Assembly: GCA_966685145.1 (NCBI GenBank)
Contig: CBKXXB010000001.1
Span: forward strand, 633 to 64,632
Reading direction: 5' to 3'
Source of the DNA: an uncultured bacterium
GTDB lineage: Bacteria; Patescibacteriota; Saccharimonadia; Saccharimonadales; OFTM59
Length of the DNA: 64,000 bases
Within the stretch, counting starts at the first letter, position 1, and each line of letters opens with the position of its first letter. A program made the position numbers and the translations under genes. The notes beneath the pieces were generated by a model. It saw only the letters and a list, made by a program, of their open reading frames with translations. It did no database searches and had not been told where the DNA came from. Shown here in pieces: positions 19,705 through 29,437 of the stretch.

Positions 19705-20223
19705 TTAAGTCCTAAGCAGCCAAAGATTCAGCATTGACCAGGCGCTGACAATTGCCGCTACTAAGTACTGTGCAGATGTGAAGCTGTCTACCGTAAAACA
19801 AAACAGGCCCGCGATAAAGTTAAGAGCCGCGGCAAACCAGTACCATGTAGAAGGCTTATCTACTAGCCCGTTTAAAAAATACCCGGCAGCCATCACCATT
19901 AACCAAAAAGCGCCAAGATTTGCTATAAGGGCGGCGGCAAGACTGGATGAAAATCGAAAAACGAAGCCCGAAACCGCTAAGCCTACTACTATCGGAATCA
20001 GCCATGCTAGAAATATATTGCGCATTTGTTTGATACGAAGTGGCATAACTCTATACATATATCCTAAGCCTACGAGAGATATGAGGAACCATAGGCCGTT
20101 TATCTGTTGTCGTTGATAAAAGTGCGTCACTATAAATCCGCCAGCAGCCAAGACAGCCCACAATAGGTACACGCGCGCTCTGGTATCAGAGAATAGAAAG
20201 TCCCAGTCGATTTTGGAGTTCAT
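19705..20223 (-). CDS. Polytopic membrane protein, hypothetical
   Basis: 172 aa with 4-5 predicted TM helices and no motif. Confidence 0.45.
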   Translation of the reverse strand: MNSKIDWDFLFSDTRARVYLLWAVLAAGGFIVTHFYQRQQINGLWFLISLVGLGYMYRVMPLRIKQMRNIFLAWLIPIVVGLAVSGFVFRFSSSLAAALIANLGAFWLMVMAAGYFLNGLVDKPSTWYWFAAALNFIAGLFCFTVDSFTSAQYLVAAIVSAWSMLNLWLLRT

Positions 20224-20281
20224 GACTAGATGGTAACAAAAAAACTATCTATAATGAATCAGACACTAGTCGGGAAATTCT

Positions 20282-20986
20282 ATGCAAGTAAAATTTGATC
20301 ACACTGAGAACGTTGCCAAAAATATAGTTAGCTTTTGGTTTACTACGGACTCTATGCCTCACCATACCGCTGGTCAATTTACAGAATTGCGCATACCCCA
20401 CAATCAGGTTGATAAGCGCGGAGACAAACGTTGGTTTACGATTTCGTCCTCTCCTACAGAGAAGCAGTTGGCCATAACTACTAAGTTTGCTGCTGAAAAC
20501 GGAAGCAGTTTTAAAAACGCTTTACGCGGCTTGCAGCCCGGAAGTGAGCTTAACATGGCTCAGCCAATGGGCGACTTTGTCCTTCCTAAGGACCCGTCCA
20601 TACCTCTCGTGTTCGTTGCTGGTGGCATAGGCGTCACACCTATGCGCAGCATGGTTAAGTATCTGCTTGATAGCGGTGAAAAGCGTGACATACACCTCAT
20701 TTACGGTATACGTAGCCTGGAAGAAGTTGCGTTCCGCGACTTGTTTGAACAGTACGGGTTAAAGCTCACTTTAGTTGTCAGCCAACCGTCAGGCAATTGG
20801 GATGGAGAAGCTGGCCAGCTTTCAGCCGATCGCATACAGTCATTAGCCGGCGGTCTTAATAACAAGCTGATTTATCTTTCGGGTCCAGAACCAATGACGG
20901 AAGCCCTATTCAAAGACCTGAAGAAACTTGGCATCAACAAAAAGCACATTGTAACTGACTACTTCCCCGGCTACACCGCAGTTTAG
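20282..20986 (+). CDS. FNR-family FAD/NAD(P)-binding oxidoreductase (ferredoxin-reductase-like)
   Basis: 234 aa. RWFTISSSP (the RxYS-type FAD motif) and GGIGVTP (NAD(P) motif). There is no C-terminal Fe-S cysteine cluster, so it is not a PyrK-type subunit. Confidence 0.65.
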   Translation: MQVKFDHTENVAKNIVSFWFTTDSMPHHTAGQFTELRIPHNQVDKRGDKRWFTISSSPTEKQLAITTKFAAENGSSFKNALRGLQPGSELNMAQPMGDFVLPKDPSIPLVFVAGGIGVTPMRSMVKYLLDSGEKRDIHLIYGIRSLEEVAFRDLFEQYGLKLTLVVSQPSGNWDGEAGQLSADRIQSLAGGLNNKLIYLSGPEPMTEALFKDLKKLGINKKHIVTDYFPGYTAV

Positions 20987-20994
20987 GTTTCTTT

Positions 20995-21468
20995 CTAATC
21001 CGTAACTATAACCGTACCTTTCATTGATGGGTGTGGCTGGCAATAATAGTTATACGTACCAACCGCCGTAAAGGTATGGCTGTAACTCTCTCCTTGGCCT
21101 AGTAAAGGGCCGTTGGGGCTGTCGCTGTCTTTAGTGTCGCTATGTACATTATGCTCGACACTATCTTTGTTTGTCCAAGTAACTGTAGTACCCTTTTTAA
21201 CAGTAATAGTCTTGGGGCTAAAGGCAAAATTAGCAATATCAACTTGATTGGTGCTCGCTGTCTCGTCCTGCTGCGTATTGTTTGATTGATCCGGTGAAGT
21301 TTGCTGTGCGGTTTGGTTATTGTGGCCATTTTGTTGAGCTGGTTGTTCACTAGTCTGCGTAGAGGCAGATTCTTGACTACCAGGGCGATTGGCCAACACC
21401 ACACCTACAATTGCCCCGATTGCTACTACAGCTACGAGTATACCGGCAAATGATTTCTTCACGTCCAT
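20995..21468 (-). CDS. Cupredoxin (plastocyanin/pseudoazurin-like blue copper protein) with signal anchor and a Q/T/N-rich linker
   Basis: 157 aa. Type-1 copper ligand pattern H...YNYYCQPHPSMKG (Cys-x2-His-x2-Met). A low-complexity linker lies between the N-terminal hydrophobic segment and the cupredoxin domain. Confidence 0.7.
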   Translation of the reverse strand: MDVKKSFAGILVAVVAIGAIVGVVLANRPGSQESASTQTSEQPAQQNGHNNQTAQQTSPDQSNNTQQDETASTNQVDIANFAFSPKTITVKKGTTVTWTNKDSVEHNVHSDTKDSDSPNGPLLGQGESYSHTFTAVGTYNYYCQPHPSMKGTVIVTD

Positions 21469-21474
21469 ACCCCC

Positions 21475-21921
21475 TTACTCGATTATTGTATCATCGTCAG
21501 ACGGTAAAATGGTCTCCGGTTTAGTGATACGGCGCAGCATATCAATGTAAGCGACTCTGATATCACCTGGGAATAGTAAGCCGAGCGAGGCTTCTAATTC
21601 CTGATTAGCCGCATTGAGCATGTCCTCGCCCTTTGCCGTAAGCAGCGCGTGCCGGCTACGACGATCTTTTCGCTGTGTTTTTAGTTTAACCAGCCGCCTC
21701 TTAGATAAGTCAGATAATAAGGCCGTTACTTGAGGCAAGGTTATGCCCATACCTTCTGCAATATCTGTCATACTAAGGCCTTGTTTAGGAGCGGTTTGTA
21801 CTACACCCAAAAGCAACCACTGCATCATTGTCAATTGTGTGGATTCTAACTGCTCAGCGACGATAGTTCGTAAAATTCGGTCTGCTTTTGAATGTATTAG
21901 GCACAGCTCATAAATCGTCAT
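21475..21921 (-). CDS. MarR-family transcriptional regulator
   Basis: 148 aa. The winged-helix region (LSMTDIAEGMGITLPQVTALLSDLSKRRLV) is typical of MarR. It lies immediately upstream of the cupredoxin gene on the same strand. Confidence 0.75.
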   Translation of the reverse strand: MTIYELCLIHSKADRILRTIVAEQLESTQLTMMQWLLLGVVQTAPKQGLSMTDIAEGMGITLPQVTALLSDLSKRRLVKLKTQRKDRRSRHALLTAKGEDMLNAANQELEASLGLLFPGDIRVAYIDMLRRITKPETILPSDDDTIIE

Positions 21922-22052
21922 GCTAAGTAACTCCCCAATGAATCAGAATTAAGTGTACGTCGACTTTTTTACTATTGTAAATGAAATATCTTGCTCATGC
22001 GGATATAAAATATAGCAATTTACATCAGAGGTAATGCCGTTACCTTTATCTA

Positions 22053-22991
22053 TTAACTATGTGGTTCGAGATATTTACGTATCATTAGGGCTGCTGTTGC
22101 GCCCTCGCCAGTCGCACTGGCAATCTGCATCGTTGCTCCTGAGCGTACATCGCCTGCAGCAAAAATGCCGGGTATCGTAGTTTCAAGGTTAGGATTCGTC
22201 TTCACCATACCAATGTCATCCAGCTCTACACCAGAGCCTTCAAGAAATGACGTATTAGGCTTCAAGCCGATGAATACAAAAACACCATCAGTTATGAATT
22301 CAACTTGTTTATTTAGTTTCGTGTCTGTACCGATTACCTTGGTAACCTTGCCGTCCTCTCCATCGATTCTGTCCGTCGCAGTATTGAAGTAAACGCTTAT
22401 GGTGTCTCTATGCTTCTTGAGTTCTTGCTGTAACACATCAGACGCTCTGAATTTATCGCTTCGCACCAGAAGGTCAATATGTGTAGCAAATCTGGTTAGA
22501 AAAATGGATTCCTGAACCGCCGAGTTACCGCCGCCTATCACGACAAGTTTCTTGTCGCGGTAAAAAGCACCGTCACAAGTAGCGCAGTAGTGAACACCAC
22601 GGGCATAGTACTCCTGCTCTCCAGGTATACCGAGTTTTTTATAATCACTGCCGGTAGCAATCAAAACTGCTTTGGCGTACATAGTTCCGTCAGTCGTTTC
22701 CAGACGTTTGAGTTTGCCCTCATCAATAATCTTCAGGACTTCGCCAAGTCGTATATCGGCTCCGAAGCGCTCAGCCTGTTGTCTTAGGTTTTCAGCAAGG
22801 TCCAGCCCGGCCAGTCCCTGAGGAAACCCAGGATAGTTGTCAACCCAGTCAGTTACGGCAGCCAGGCCACCGATAACGCCCTTTTCAAATAGTACCGTGT
22901 CGATGTCTTCACGCGTAGTATATAGAGCTGCCGCAAGTGCCGCAGGGCCAGCGCCCACCATTACTACATCATGAACCTCTGGATTCGCCAT
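22053..22991 (-). CDS. trxB: Thioredoxin-disulfide reductase
   Basis: 312 aa. FAD motif VVMVGAGPAALAAALY, redox-active CATCDG, and NADPH motif VIGGGNSA. Confidence 0.9.
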   Translation of the reverse strand: MANPEVHDVVMVGAGPAALAAALYTTREDIDTVLFEKGVIGGLAAVTDWVDNYPGFPQGLAGLDLAENLRQQAERFGADIRLGEVLKIIDEGKLKRLETTDGTMYAKAVLIATGSDYKKLGIPGEQEYYARGVHYCATCDGAFYRDKKLVVIGGGNSAVQESIFLTRFATHIDLLVRSDKFRASDVLQQELKKHRDTISVYFNTATDRIDGEDGKVTKVIGTDTKLNKQVEFITDGVFVFIGLKPNTSFLEGSGVELDDIGMVKTNPNLETTIPGIFAAGDVRSGATMQIASATGEGATAALMIRKYLEPHS

Positions 22992-23103
22992 TTATCATTT
23001 CCCAATTTTCAATTATTTATTCATTTTACATTTACCGGATTGCTTTGGCCAATGATAAACGGTCATTAATTGGCAAATGTGAATTAGATAAATGGTAAAT
23101 TGT

Positions 23104-23352
23104 TTAGCTTACAGCCGGAGCAAGCTTGGCTAAGTTGTAGCCCACTACAACTTCTTTACTGTTATCTTGTTTAGTTACCACGGTAATAGGTACTGATAGT
23201 TGACCGCTCAAAGCAAAAGCTTCTTGCTGACGAGCCGGATCAGCGTCAAGGTTAATTTCTTCGTACGAGTGCCCTTTAGCCTGCAACCATCTTTTGACCA
23301 TAACACAGTACCCGCAGGTGTTAGTAGTAAAAATAGTGATGTTTTTCGGCAT
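23104..23352 (-). CDS. Glutaredoxin-like protein (NrdH-redoxin family)
   Basis: 82 aa. CGYC redox motif near the N-terminus (IFTTNTCGYCVMVKRWL). Confidence 0.7.
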   Translation of the reverse strand: MPKNITIFTTNTCGYCVMVKRWLQAKGHSYEEINLDADPARQQEAFALSGQLSVPITVVTKQDNSKEVVVGYNLAKLAPAVS

Positions 23353-23463
23353 TTTCTTGCTCCTTTTAGTTTATTTTTTAGTTGCTCTTATTATTATATA
23401 TAGCGCCTATACGCTTATGCAATACCATATATGTTGTGTTTTTTTCTTTATTTCTCCTTTTGT

Positions 23464-24018
23464 TTACTGCTGTACTGATACTACTTCTATATCAAACACT
23501 AAATCAGAGTTAGCCGGGATACCTGGCTGCTCTTGCGGCCCGTATGCCATTGCGGCGGGAATAATAAGTCGGCGCTTACCGCCCACTTTCATACCGGGGA
23601 CACCTTCAGTCCAGCCTTTTATGACTTCATTTAAACTAAACGGAATAGGCTGACCAAAATCATGCGAACTTTGGAAAATAGTGCCGTCTTTAGCCAATGC
23701 GCCGGTATAGTGCGCTGTTACGGTTGCGCCTGGCTGAACAACTTCGCCGGTGCCTTCTTGCAAATCAACAGTCTGGAGCTCACCGACAGATGTAACGGGA
23801 GTAAAGCCTTCTAATTTCGTACCTTGTAATTGTGCCACTGGTTCGTCCTCCTGCTCATTTGGTGTTATAGACTCTGCGGCCTCACGGTCAGGAGTGGGCT
23901 GAGAAACTTCGCTCTCTCGACGCATTTCAAGCAAAACAACTGCTGTAAAAGCAATCGTTGTACCTAAGAACAGTAAAGCTGCTACTAAAGCACCGGCTCG
24001 TTGAAACGGCTTAGGCAT
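23464..24018 (-). CDS. FKBP-type peptidyl-prolyl cis-trans isomerase, membrane-anchored
   Basis: 184 aa. N-terminal TM. The FKBP domain (HYTGALAKDGTIFQSSHDFGQPIPFSL...GWTEGVPGMKVGGKRRLIIP) has the conserved FKBP residues. Confidence 0.8.
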   Translation of the reverse strand: MPKPFQRAGALVAALLFLGTTIAFTAVVLLEMRRESEVSQPTPDREAAESITPNEQEDEPVAQLQGTKLEGFTPVTSVGELQTVDLQEGTGEVVQPGATVTAHYTGALAKDGTIFQSSHDFGQPIPFSLNEVIKGWTEGVPGMKVGGKRRLIIPAAMAYGPQEQPGIPANSDLVFDIEVVSVQQ

Positions 24019-24104
24019 TCCTCCTCCTTCTTCTAACCGCTAGTATACCCGTTCAGTCATAAATTTTCCAAGCATTTTCCGACACATAATTAATAGCAAG
24101 CGAC

Positions 24105-25877
24105 TTACTCTTCAATTTCGAACTCCTGCAGCTTCTTCTTTACTTTTTCCGTCTTCTTTTCGCGCTGTAAGCTTAGAAGTTGATCATAAATACCGCCGCT
24201 ATGAGACAACTGTGTCGGGCTGCCTACTTCATCAATGCTGCCGCCCCTGAGCGTAATAATCTGATCAACGTTGCGGATAGTGCTTAAACGATGAGCGATG
24301 ATAATCGTGGTTTTATTTTTCATCAGCCGTTCAAGCGCTTCTTGAACAAGTGATTCAGATTTACTGTCCAGGCTGCTCGTTGCCTCATCCAGGACAAGTA
24401 TTGGCGCATCCTTAAGCAGCGCTCGGGCAATCGCAATCCGTTGCTTTTGTCCGCCTGACAATTTTAACCCGCGCTCCCCAATTTCGGTATCGTAGCCTTT
24501 ATCAAGCTTTTCTATGAATTCATGAGCGTTTGCTGCTCGTGCGGCTGCTACAACTTCTTCATCAGATGCACGTGTTTTCCCATAGGCAATGTTTTCCTTG
24601 ATTGTGCCGCTAAACAGCGCGGGATCTTGGAAGACTACTCCTATATTCTCGCGAAGGCTCGCTTGTGTTACGGTACTGATATCCTGCCCATCAATGGCAA
24701 TTTTGCCCTCCTGCGGCTCATACAGTCTGAGCAGCAGGCTAGTGAGAGTAGTTTTGCCCTCGCCGCTCTCTCCTACCAAGGCTATTTTAGTACCAGGTTT
24801 AATTACAAGCTCTATGTTTTTCAGAACCGGTATATGGTCGTAGGAAAAAGACACATTATCAAATACGATTTCACCGCGTTCTATATTTAAATCTTTTGCA
24901 TCCGGTTTATCTGCTATCTCAGGTCTAATGTCCATAACCTCAAAGTAGTCTTTGCTGTCAGCTATAGTTCTTTGGGTATTTTCAACTAGGAAGCTAATTG
25001 TAAAAATGGGAATCCTAATTTGCTGCGCCAGCAATATCAAGGCTACAGCCACCCCGGGCGTATAGTCGCCCCAAGCTGCCTGTAAAAATATAAACATATA
25101 GACGAATAAGAAAATTATATTAAGAACCAATCGTCGACGCACATCACGGACATGCCAAAACTTGGATTGTGGCTTATTAGTATTGACTACGGTAAGCAGC
25201 CTTTTGTTAAAGAACCTCAGCTCGCCTTTTTCCTGCATGAAACTTTTGACCACCTTGATCTGCCCGATAGCTTCGGCGAACCGTCCGCTCGCAATATCGG
25301 CATGCAAGTTCTTCTTAGCCTGATACTCTTGCCATTTATTGCTACTTCTAACGGTAAGCCATATGTAGATTGGATACAATGTGAATAAAAGCAGCGCAAC
25401 TGACCAGCTGTAATAGGCAACTACTACCAATGAGAAAACGGTAGTTAAGATGAATTGCAAAAAGTTATTGCTCATCATCTGCATAAAATTTGCGATTTGG
25501 GTAATTGACCTGTTAAGCCGGCTAATAATTTTGCCGGAAAGCTCTGTATCAAAATAGCGCTGTGGCAATGTCAATAGATGTTCATAGTAGCGCAGGCTTA
25601 ATATCCGCTTCAGCTTTTCGGACATCTGGTCGCCCAAGTACCCCCCGATGTTATTAAGAAACGTACCAACAACATCGAGCAGGAAGATTGCTATAGCTAA
25701 AGATGCCAGGTAGCCTAGATTCGCAGCCGTACCCTTACGTATCTCGTCAATCGCCCAACCACTGATAATCGGATGGAGTAAGGCGCTCAGGCTGACTACT
25801 ATCATTATGATACTTATTGCGAGATAGTAGCGCTTCAGCTCACTTGCTGACTGCAGAATTCTCAGGACGTGTTTCAT
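24105..25877 (-). CDS. ABC transporter, fused permease/ATP-binding protein (MsbA-like exporter)
   Basis: 590 aa. Six N-terminal TM helices. Walker A GESGEGKTT, ABC signature LSGGQKQRIAIARAL, and Walker B ILVLDEATS. Confidence 0.85.
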   Translation of the reverse strand: MKHVLRILQSASELKRYYLAISIIMIVVSLSALLHPIISGWAIDEIRKGTAANLGYLASLAIAIFLLDVVGTFLNNIGGYLGDQMSEKLKRILSLRYYEHLLTLPQRYFDTELSGKIISRLNRSITQIANFMQMMSNNFLQFILTTVFSLVVVAYYSWSVALLLFTLYPIYIWLTVRSSNKWQEYQAKKNLHADIASGRFAEAIGQIKVVKSFMQEKGELRFFNKRLLTVVNTNKPQSKFWHVRDVRRRLVLNIIFLFVYMFIFLQAAWGDYTPGVAVALILLAQQIRIPIFTISFLVENTQRTIADSKDYFEVMDIRPEIADKPDAKDLNIERGEIVFDNVSFSYDHIPVLKNIELVIKPGTKIALVGESGEGKTTLTSLLLRLYEPQEGKIAIDGQDISTVTQASLRENIGVVFQDPALFSGTIKENIAYGKTRASDEEVVAAARAANAHEFIEKLDKGYDTEIGERGLKLSGGQKQRIAIARALLKDAPILVLDEATSSLDSKSESLVQEALERLMKNKTTIIIAHRLSTIRNVDQIITLRGGSIDEVGSPTQLSHSGGIYDQLLSLQREKKTEKVKKKLQEFEIEE

Positions 25878-25907
25878 TTGTATGCCCTTGTCATACTATG
25901 TTCACTT

Positions 25908-26633
25908 TCAACTCTGGCCGCGCCGTAAGCTTGCACCTATAGCTGAGATTACTTCCTTACGGCTATCTCCATTAAAATTGTGGTCGGCACCTGGAATTGT
26001 CACCACGGTAATGGCAGAATGTCTTCTCAGTACTTCATACTCTTTGAGCGGCAGTATCTCGTCCCTGCCTGCTATATACAATACGTAAGGCTTCACACCC
26101 GCAAAGTTTATAAGAACATCTGCTGCGTTCGTAGACTCAAATTCATCAAATAAGGAACTCGGTACAAGACTGTATGTTCCGTCCTGTCTAGGAATGGTCC
26201 AAATTCCATTCTTCTCTGTGGCTCCCGGCTTGGAGGTAAAGTATTCTTTCGTTTTTTTGCCTATACTCGCAGGAGAAGCCAAAAAGGCGACCCGACCATC
26301 AATTACCGGCCTTGCCAATGCGGCTACGATACAGCCAATAGAGTGGGCCACTAAGTGCACTTTAACGACCCCCGGCTGTTTCTGAGCCCAATCAATTACT
26401 TGCCGTAAACGTTTAGTTTGCTCTGTAAAGTCGGTCAACACTACTGTAGCTAATGCGTCATTATAGTCATAATAATCAAATAGCACGTAGCCTAAGCCCG
26501 AAGGCAGGCATTCTGTTATATCAGTAAAAAGCCCCCGGTTGTCGCGCCCCACTCCAAAACCATGACTAAACACTACAACTTCAGTTGCAAGCTTATATTC
26601 AAAGCCGAAATTAAAAGGAGTAAGAACACTCAT
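25908..26633 (-). CDS. Alpha/beta-fold hydrolase
   Basis: 241 aa. Nucleophile elbow AHSIGC (GxSxG) and a C-terminal GADH catalytic His region. Confidence 0.6.
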   Translation of the reverse strand: MSVLTPFNFGFEYKLATEVVVFSHGFGVGRDNRGLFTDITECLPSGLGYVLFDYYDYNDALATVVLTDFTEQTKRLRQVIDWAQKQPGVVKVHLVAHSIGCIVAALARPVIDGRVAFLASPASIGKKTKEYFTSKPGATEKNGIWTIPRQDGTYSLVPSSLFDEFESTNAADVLINFAGVKPYVLYIAGRDEILPLKEYEVLRRHSAITVVTIPGADHNFNGDSRKEVISAIGASLRRGQS

Positions 26634-26679
26634 AAATCACTCTTGCTCACATGCTCTAATACAACTTTGGGGTGGATGT

Positions 26680-29280
26680 TCATAACCTTTCGGCACCAAA
26701 CGTTTGTTTGGCTGCCCTTGCCACATCATTAAGAAGGGTGTTTACCTCTTGATCGGTAAGCGTTCGTTCATAGGAGGCAATCGTAAGCCGGATAGTTACC
26801 TGTTTGCGGTTCTGGTCGTCTTCGCGCTGATATATATCTAGTGCTCGCAAATTAGTGATGGTTTTGTTGGGCTGAAGCTCTTGTATGGCACTCTCGATAC
26901 AGCTTAATAGTTGACCGTAAGTAACTTCGACAGGAAGCCTCAACGAAATGTCCTGCTCAACTTTCGGGAATCGGGGCAGAGGTACATACGATGTTTGATC
27001 ACTGGATTGCAGCATTAGTGCCGGGTCAATTTCAAAACCAGCCGTAAACTTGGGCAATTTCAGACTCCGAACAACCGAGTCCCTAAACTCTCCGACCACT
27101 CCCCAAATCAACTCCTGGTTATCTCGAAGCACGGCACTGCGCATAGGTTCATACGGAGCGGTCATTTGCTCAAGCCATGGGTTCTGATACAAATCAGCGC
27201 CGTCAAGAAGTTCATAGCTAAGCCCGGAGACACCGAACTTTTGTAGCAGATGATCCACGTAAAGCCGTGCTTGATAATACGGAGCGCCCGAAAGTACTGA
27301 AGCCGCTTTCTCATCCGCGGCAAAGACAAGGCTAAGCGCGTTGGCTTCTTTAGGCACTTCTGTCTCCTCAGGATCCGGCTCGCCTTTGACGTGTACCTTG
27401 CCGATTTCAAAAATAGCAAACTTACCGTGGCCTGCCTTTATGTTGGTATGGACTTTTTCGAGCAGACTCGGAGTTAAGCTTAAACGATAGTACTGGAGCT
27501 CCGGACTGAGCGCATTAGCAATCTGAAAGGCCATTTCTTTGTCTTGGCCTACTTTGTCCAACAAATTACCATGTACAAAGCTATATGCCAACAGTTCAGT
27601 CGCCCCAGCCGAGCTAAGTACGTTACGAACTTGGTTCTTTAGTTCAAGTACCGTGTTTCTGGGGGCTGGCTTCAGATCGCGCAGTGGCAGCTGAAGGGGT
27701 AGGTGATCGTATCCATATAGGCGCCCCACTTCCTCAACAACATCCTCCGGAATCTCGATATCCGTCCTCCAAAAAGGAGGACTAATTACCAAGGCTTGAC
27801 CATCGGTCTCTACATTGAACTCAACGTTAGTAAGCAGTTGGGCTATTTCCTCACTAGCAAGACTAAGCCCCAAGCGCGCATTTATAAATTCGGCCGAGAC
27901 CTGCACTGGGGCTTGTGGCTGAATGTTCCCCTTAATGTCAATTAAAGTGTCAGAAGGCATACCCGCGGCATAGCAAATTACATCGCCGACCGATGCGGTC
28001 AAAACTTTATCGTTTTGCAGGGGCGACTGACCCTTCGTAAAGCGCGTAACTGCGTCGGTAAAAAGTCCGTGCTCCATTGCTGTCCGCCGTATTGAGTACA
28101 TGTCGAAGTTGGCACATTCTAAGACTATATTCTTAGTAGTTGCATCTACTTCCGTATCAGCACCACCCATGACGCCTCCGATACCAATAGCTTCCTTATC
28201 AGTAGCTATCATGATAGCTTCTGGGCGTGGCTCAATAACTTTACCCCCCAGTATGGTAATTTTTTCGCCTTGATGCGGATGACGGACCACGAGAGTAGGC
28301 TTACTATCACTTTTGGCTTTTACTTTGTCGTAGTCGTAAGCGTGCAAGGGTTGGCCCGTAAGTATCATTTGATAGTTGGTTATATCAACGATATTGTTAA
28401 TTGGGCGAACCCCAAGCCTTGACAGGTACGACTGAACTATCAACGGTGACGGTCTAATCTCAACATCCGTAACTACTTGGGCTAAAAATCTTGGAACAAG
28501 CTCAGGTAACTCATTGCGAACCTCCAGCTTCTCGGCATCTTTGCCAGGTACGCCGGTTGTAGGCTCTGCCAAATACCATTTTGGCGAAGTAAACTGCCGC
28601 CCTGTAATACCAGCAATTTCACGAGCAACACCTAAGATACCAAAGCAGTCCGGGCGATGTGTGAACATCTTGTTCTCGATATCAATGATGAAATCGTCAA
28701 GTTTGTATATCTTAGCGAAGTCATCACCCGGCCTAACCTTAGCAACATACTCCATATTGCTCATTGCCGCTACATGGTCATTGACATCAACTCCGGGGCT
28801 CTTTTTTACAATCTCACGCTCGGCATTGAGCTCTAAGATGCCGTTATGGTCATCATTGATAGCCAGTTCTTTGCCGCTAGCTAGCATGCCGTTACTAACA
28901 ACGCCCCGGATTTCCCTGGGCTCAAGCGTGAGCGGTTCCTTGTCGTACGTGCTGGGCACCGTTGTGCTCGGAGGCAACCATGCAACCAGCATGCCTTCTT
29001 TAACATTTGGCGCACCGCAAACAACTTCAATAAATCCCTGGTCATTTCTTTGGACATCAGTCGTAACGCCGCCATCATCAATACTACATACTTTGAGCTT
29101 GTCTGCATTCGGATGAGGTACGCATGTTACAACTCTCGCCACGACAATACCTTGATATTTTTTGCCCAAGTCGATGACTTCTTCGACGGCTCCAAGCTGC
29201 GCTCCGATTTTCTCTACCAACTCATCAACAGATAAGTCAATCTGCGTATATTCTTTTATCCAGTTAAGGCTAATCTTCAT
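26680..29280 (-). CDS. pheT: Phenylalanine--tRNA ligase beta subunit
   Basis: 866 aa. N-terminal tRNA-binding fold, then the B3/4, B5 and FDX-ACB domains. Sits next to pheS. Confidence 0.9.
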   Translation of the reverse strand: MKISLNWIKEYTQIDLSVDELVEKIGAQLGAVEEVIDLGKKYQGIVVARVVTCVPHPNADKLKVCSIDDGGVTTDVQRNDQGFIEVVCGAPNVKEGMLVAWLPPSTTVPSTYDKEPLTLEPREIRGVVSNGMLASGKELAINDDHNGILELNAEREIVKKSPGVDVNDHVAAMSNMEYVAKVRPGDDFAKIYKLDDFIIDIENKMFTHRPDCFGILGVAREIAGITGRQFTSPKWYLAEPTTGVPGKDAEKLEVRNELPELVPRFLAQVVTDVEIRPSPLIVQSYLSRLGVRPINNIVDITNYQMILTGQPLHAYDYDKVKAKSDSKPTLVVRHPHQGEKITILGGKVIEPRPEAIMIATDKEAIGIGGVMGGADTEVDATTKNIVLECANFDMYSIRRTAMEHGLFTDAVTRFTKGQSPLQNDKVLTASVGDVICYAAGMPSDTLIDIKGNIQPQAPVQVSAEFINARLGLSLASEEIAQLLTNVEFNVETDGQALVISPPFWRTDIEIPEDVVEEVGRLYGYDHLPLQLPLRDLKPAPRNTVLELKNQVRNVLSSAGATELLAYSFVHGNLLDKVGQDKEMAFQIANALSPELQYYRLSLTPSLLEKVHTNIKAGHGKFAIFEIGKVHVKGEPDPEETEVPKEANALSLVFAADEKAASVLSGAPYYQARLYVDHLLQKFGVSGLSYELLDGADLYQNPWLEQMTAPYEPMRSAVLRDNQELIWGVVGEFRDSVVRSLKLPKFTAGFEIDPALMLQSSDQTSYVPLPRFPKVEQDISLRLPVEVTYGQLLSCIESAIQELQPNKTITNLRALDIYQREDDQNRKQVTIRLTIASYERTLTDQEVNTLLNDVARAAKQTFGAERL

Positions 29281-29437
29281 GGGCAGCCTGTCCTTTCTGG
29301 CTTTCTATGGAGTACTGAGTGATTTCTAAGTTACAGGCATTGTGTTCTGTGCAGTACTGCCTGCATTCATCGGCCAATCCCTCTGAAGGATAATGGAGCT
29401 TGCAAACCGGGCATTGATACAGATTGCTCGTTTTCAT
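29270..29437 (-). CDS. Cys-rich micro-ORF (55 aa) filling the pheS-pheT spacer; possible zinc-ribbon micro-protein
   Basis: Not in the ORF track because it is under 60 aa. The translation MKTSNLYQCPVCKLHYPSEGLADECRQYCTEHNACNLEITQYSIESQKGQAAHED was read directly from the minus strand. Its ATG overlaps the pheS stop (ATGA-type coupling) and its stop overlaps the pheT start by 11 nt. Cysteine spacing is CxxC...Cx3Cx5C. Confidence 0.35.
   Translation of the reverse strand: MKTSNLYQCPVCKLHYPSEGLADECRQYCTEHNACNLEITQYSIESQKGQAAHED

Noticed and set aside
20282-20986. Considered calling the FNR-like protein PyrK, partner of the PyrD-like gene at 32567
   Set aside because: It lacks the C-terminal 2Fe-2S cysteine cluster of PyrK and is 12 kb away from the PyrD-like gene. 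I left it as a generic FNR-family reductase.
22029-22046. Hairpin AGGTAA-TGCCG-TTACCT just downstream of trxB as an intrinsic terminator
   Set aside because: On the trxB (minus) strand the stem is not followed by a U-run. The T-rich stretch lies on the wrong side. It is possibly a regulatory or structural element but not a convincing terminator.
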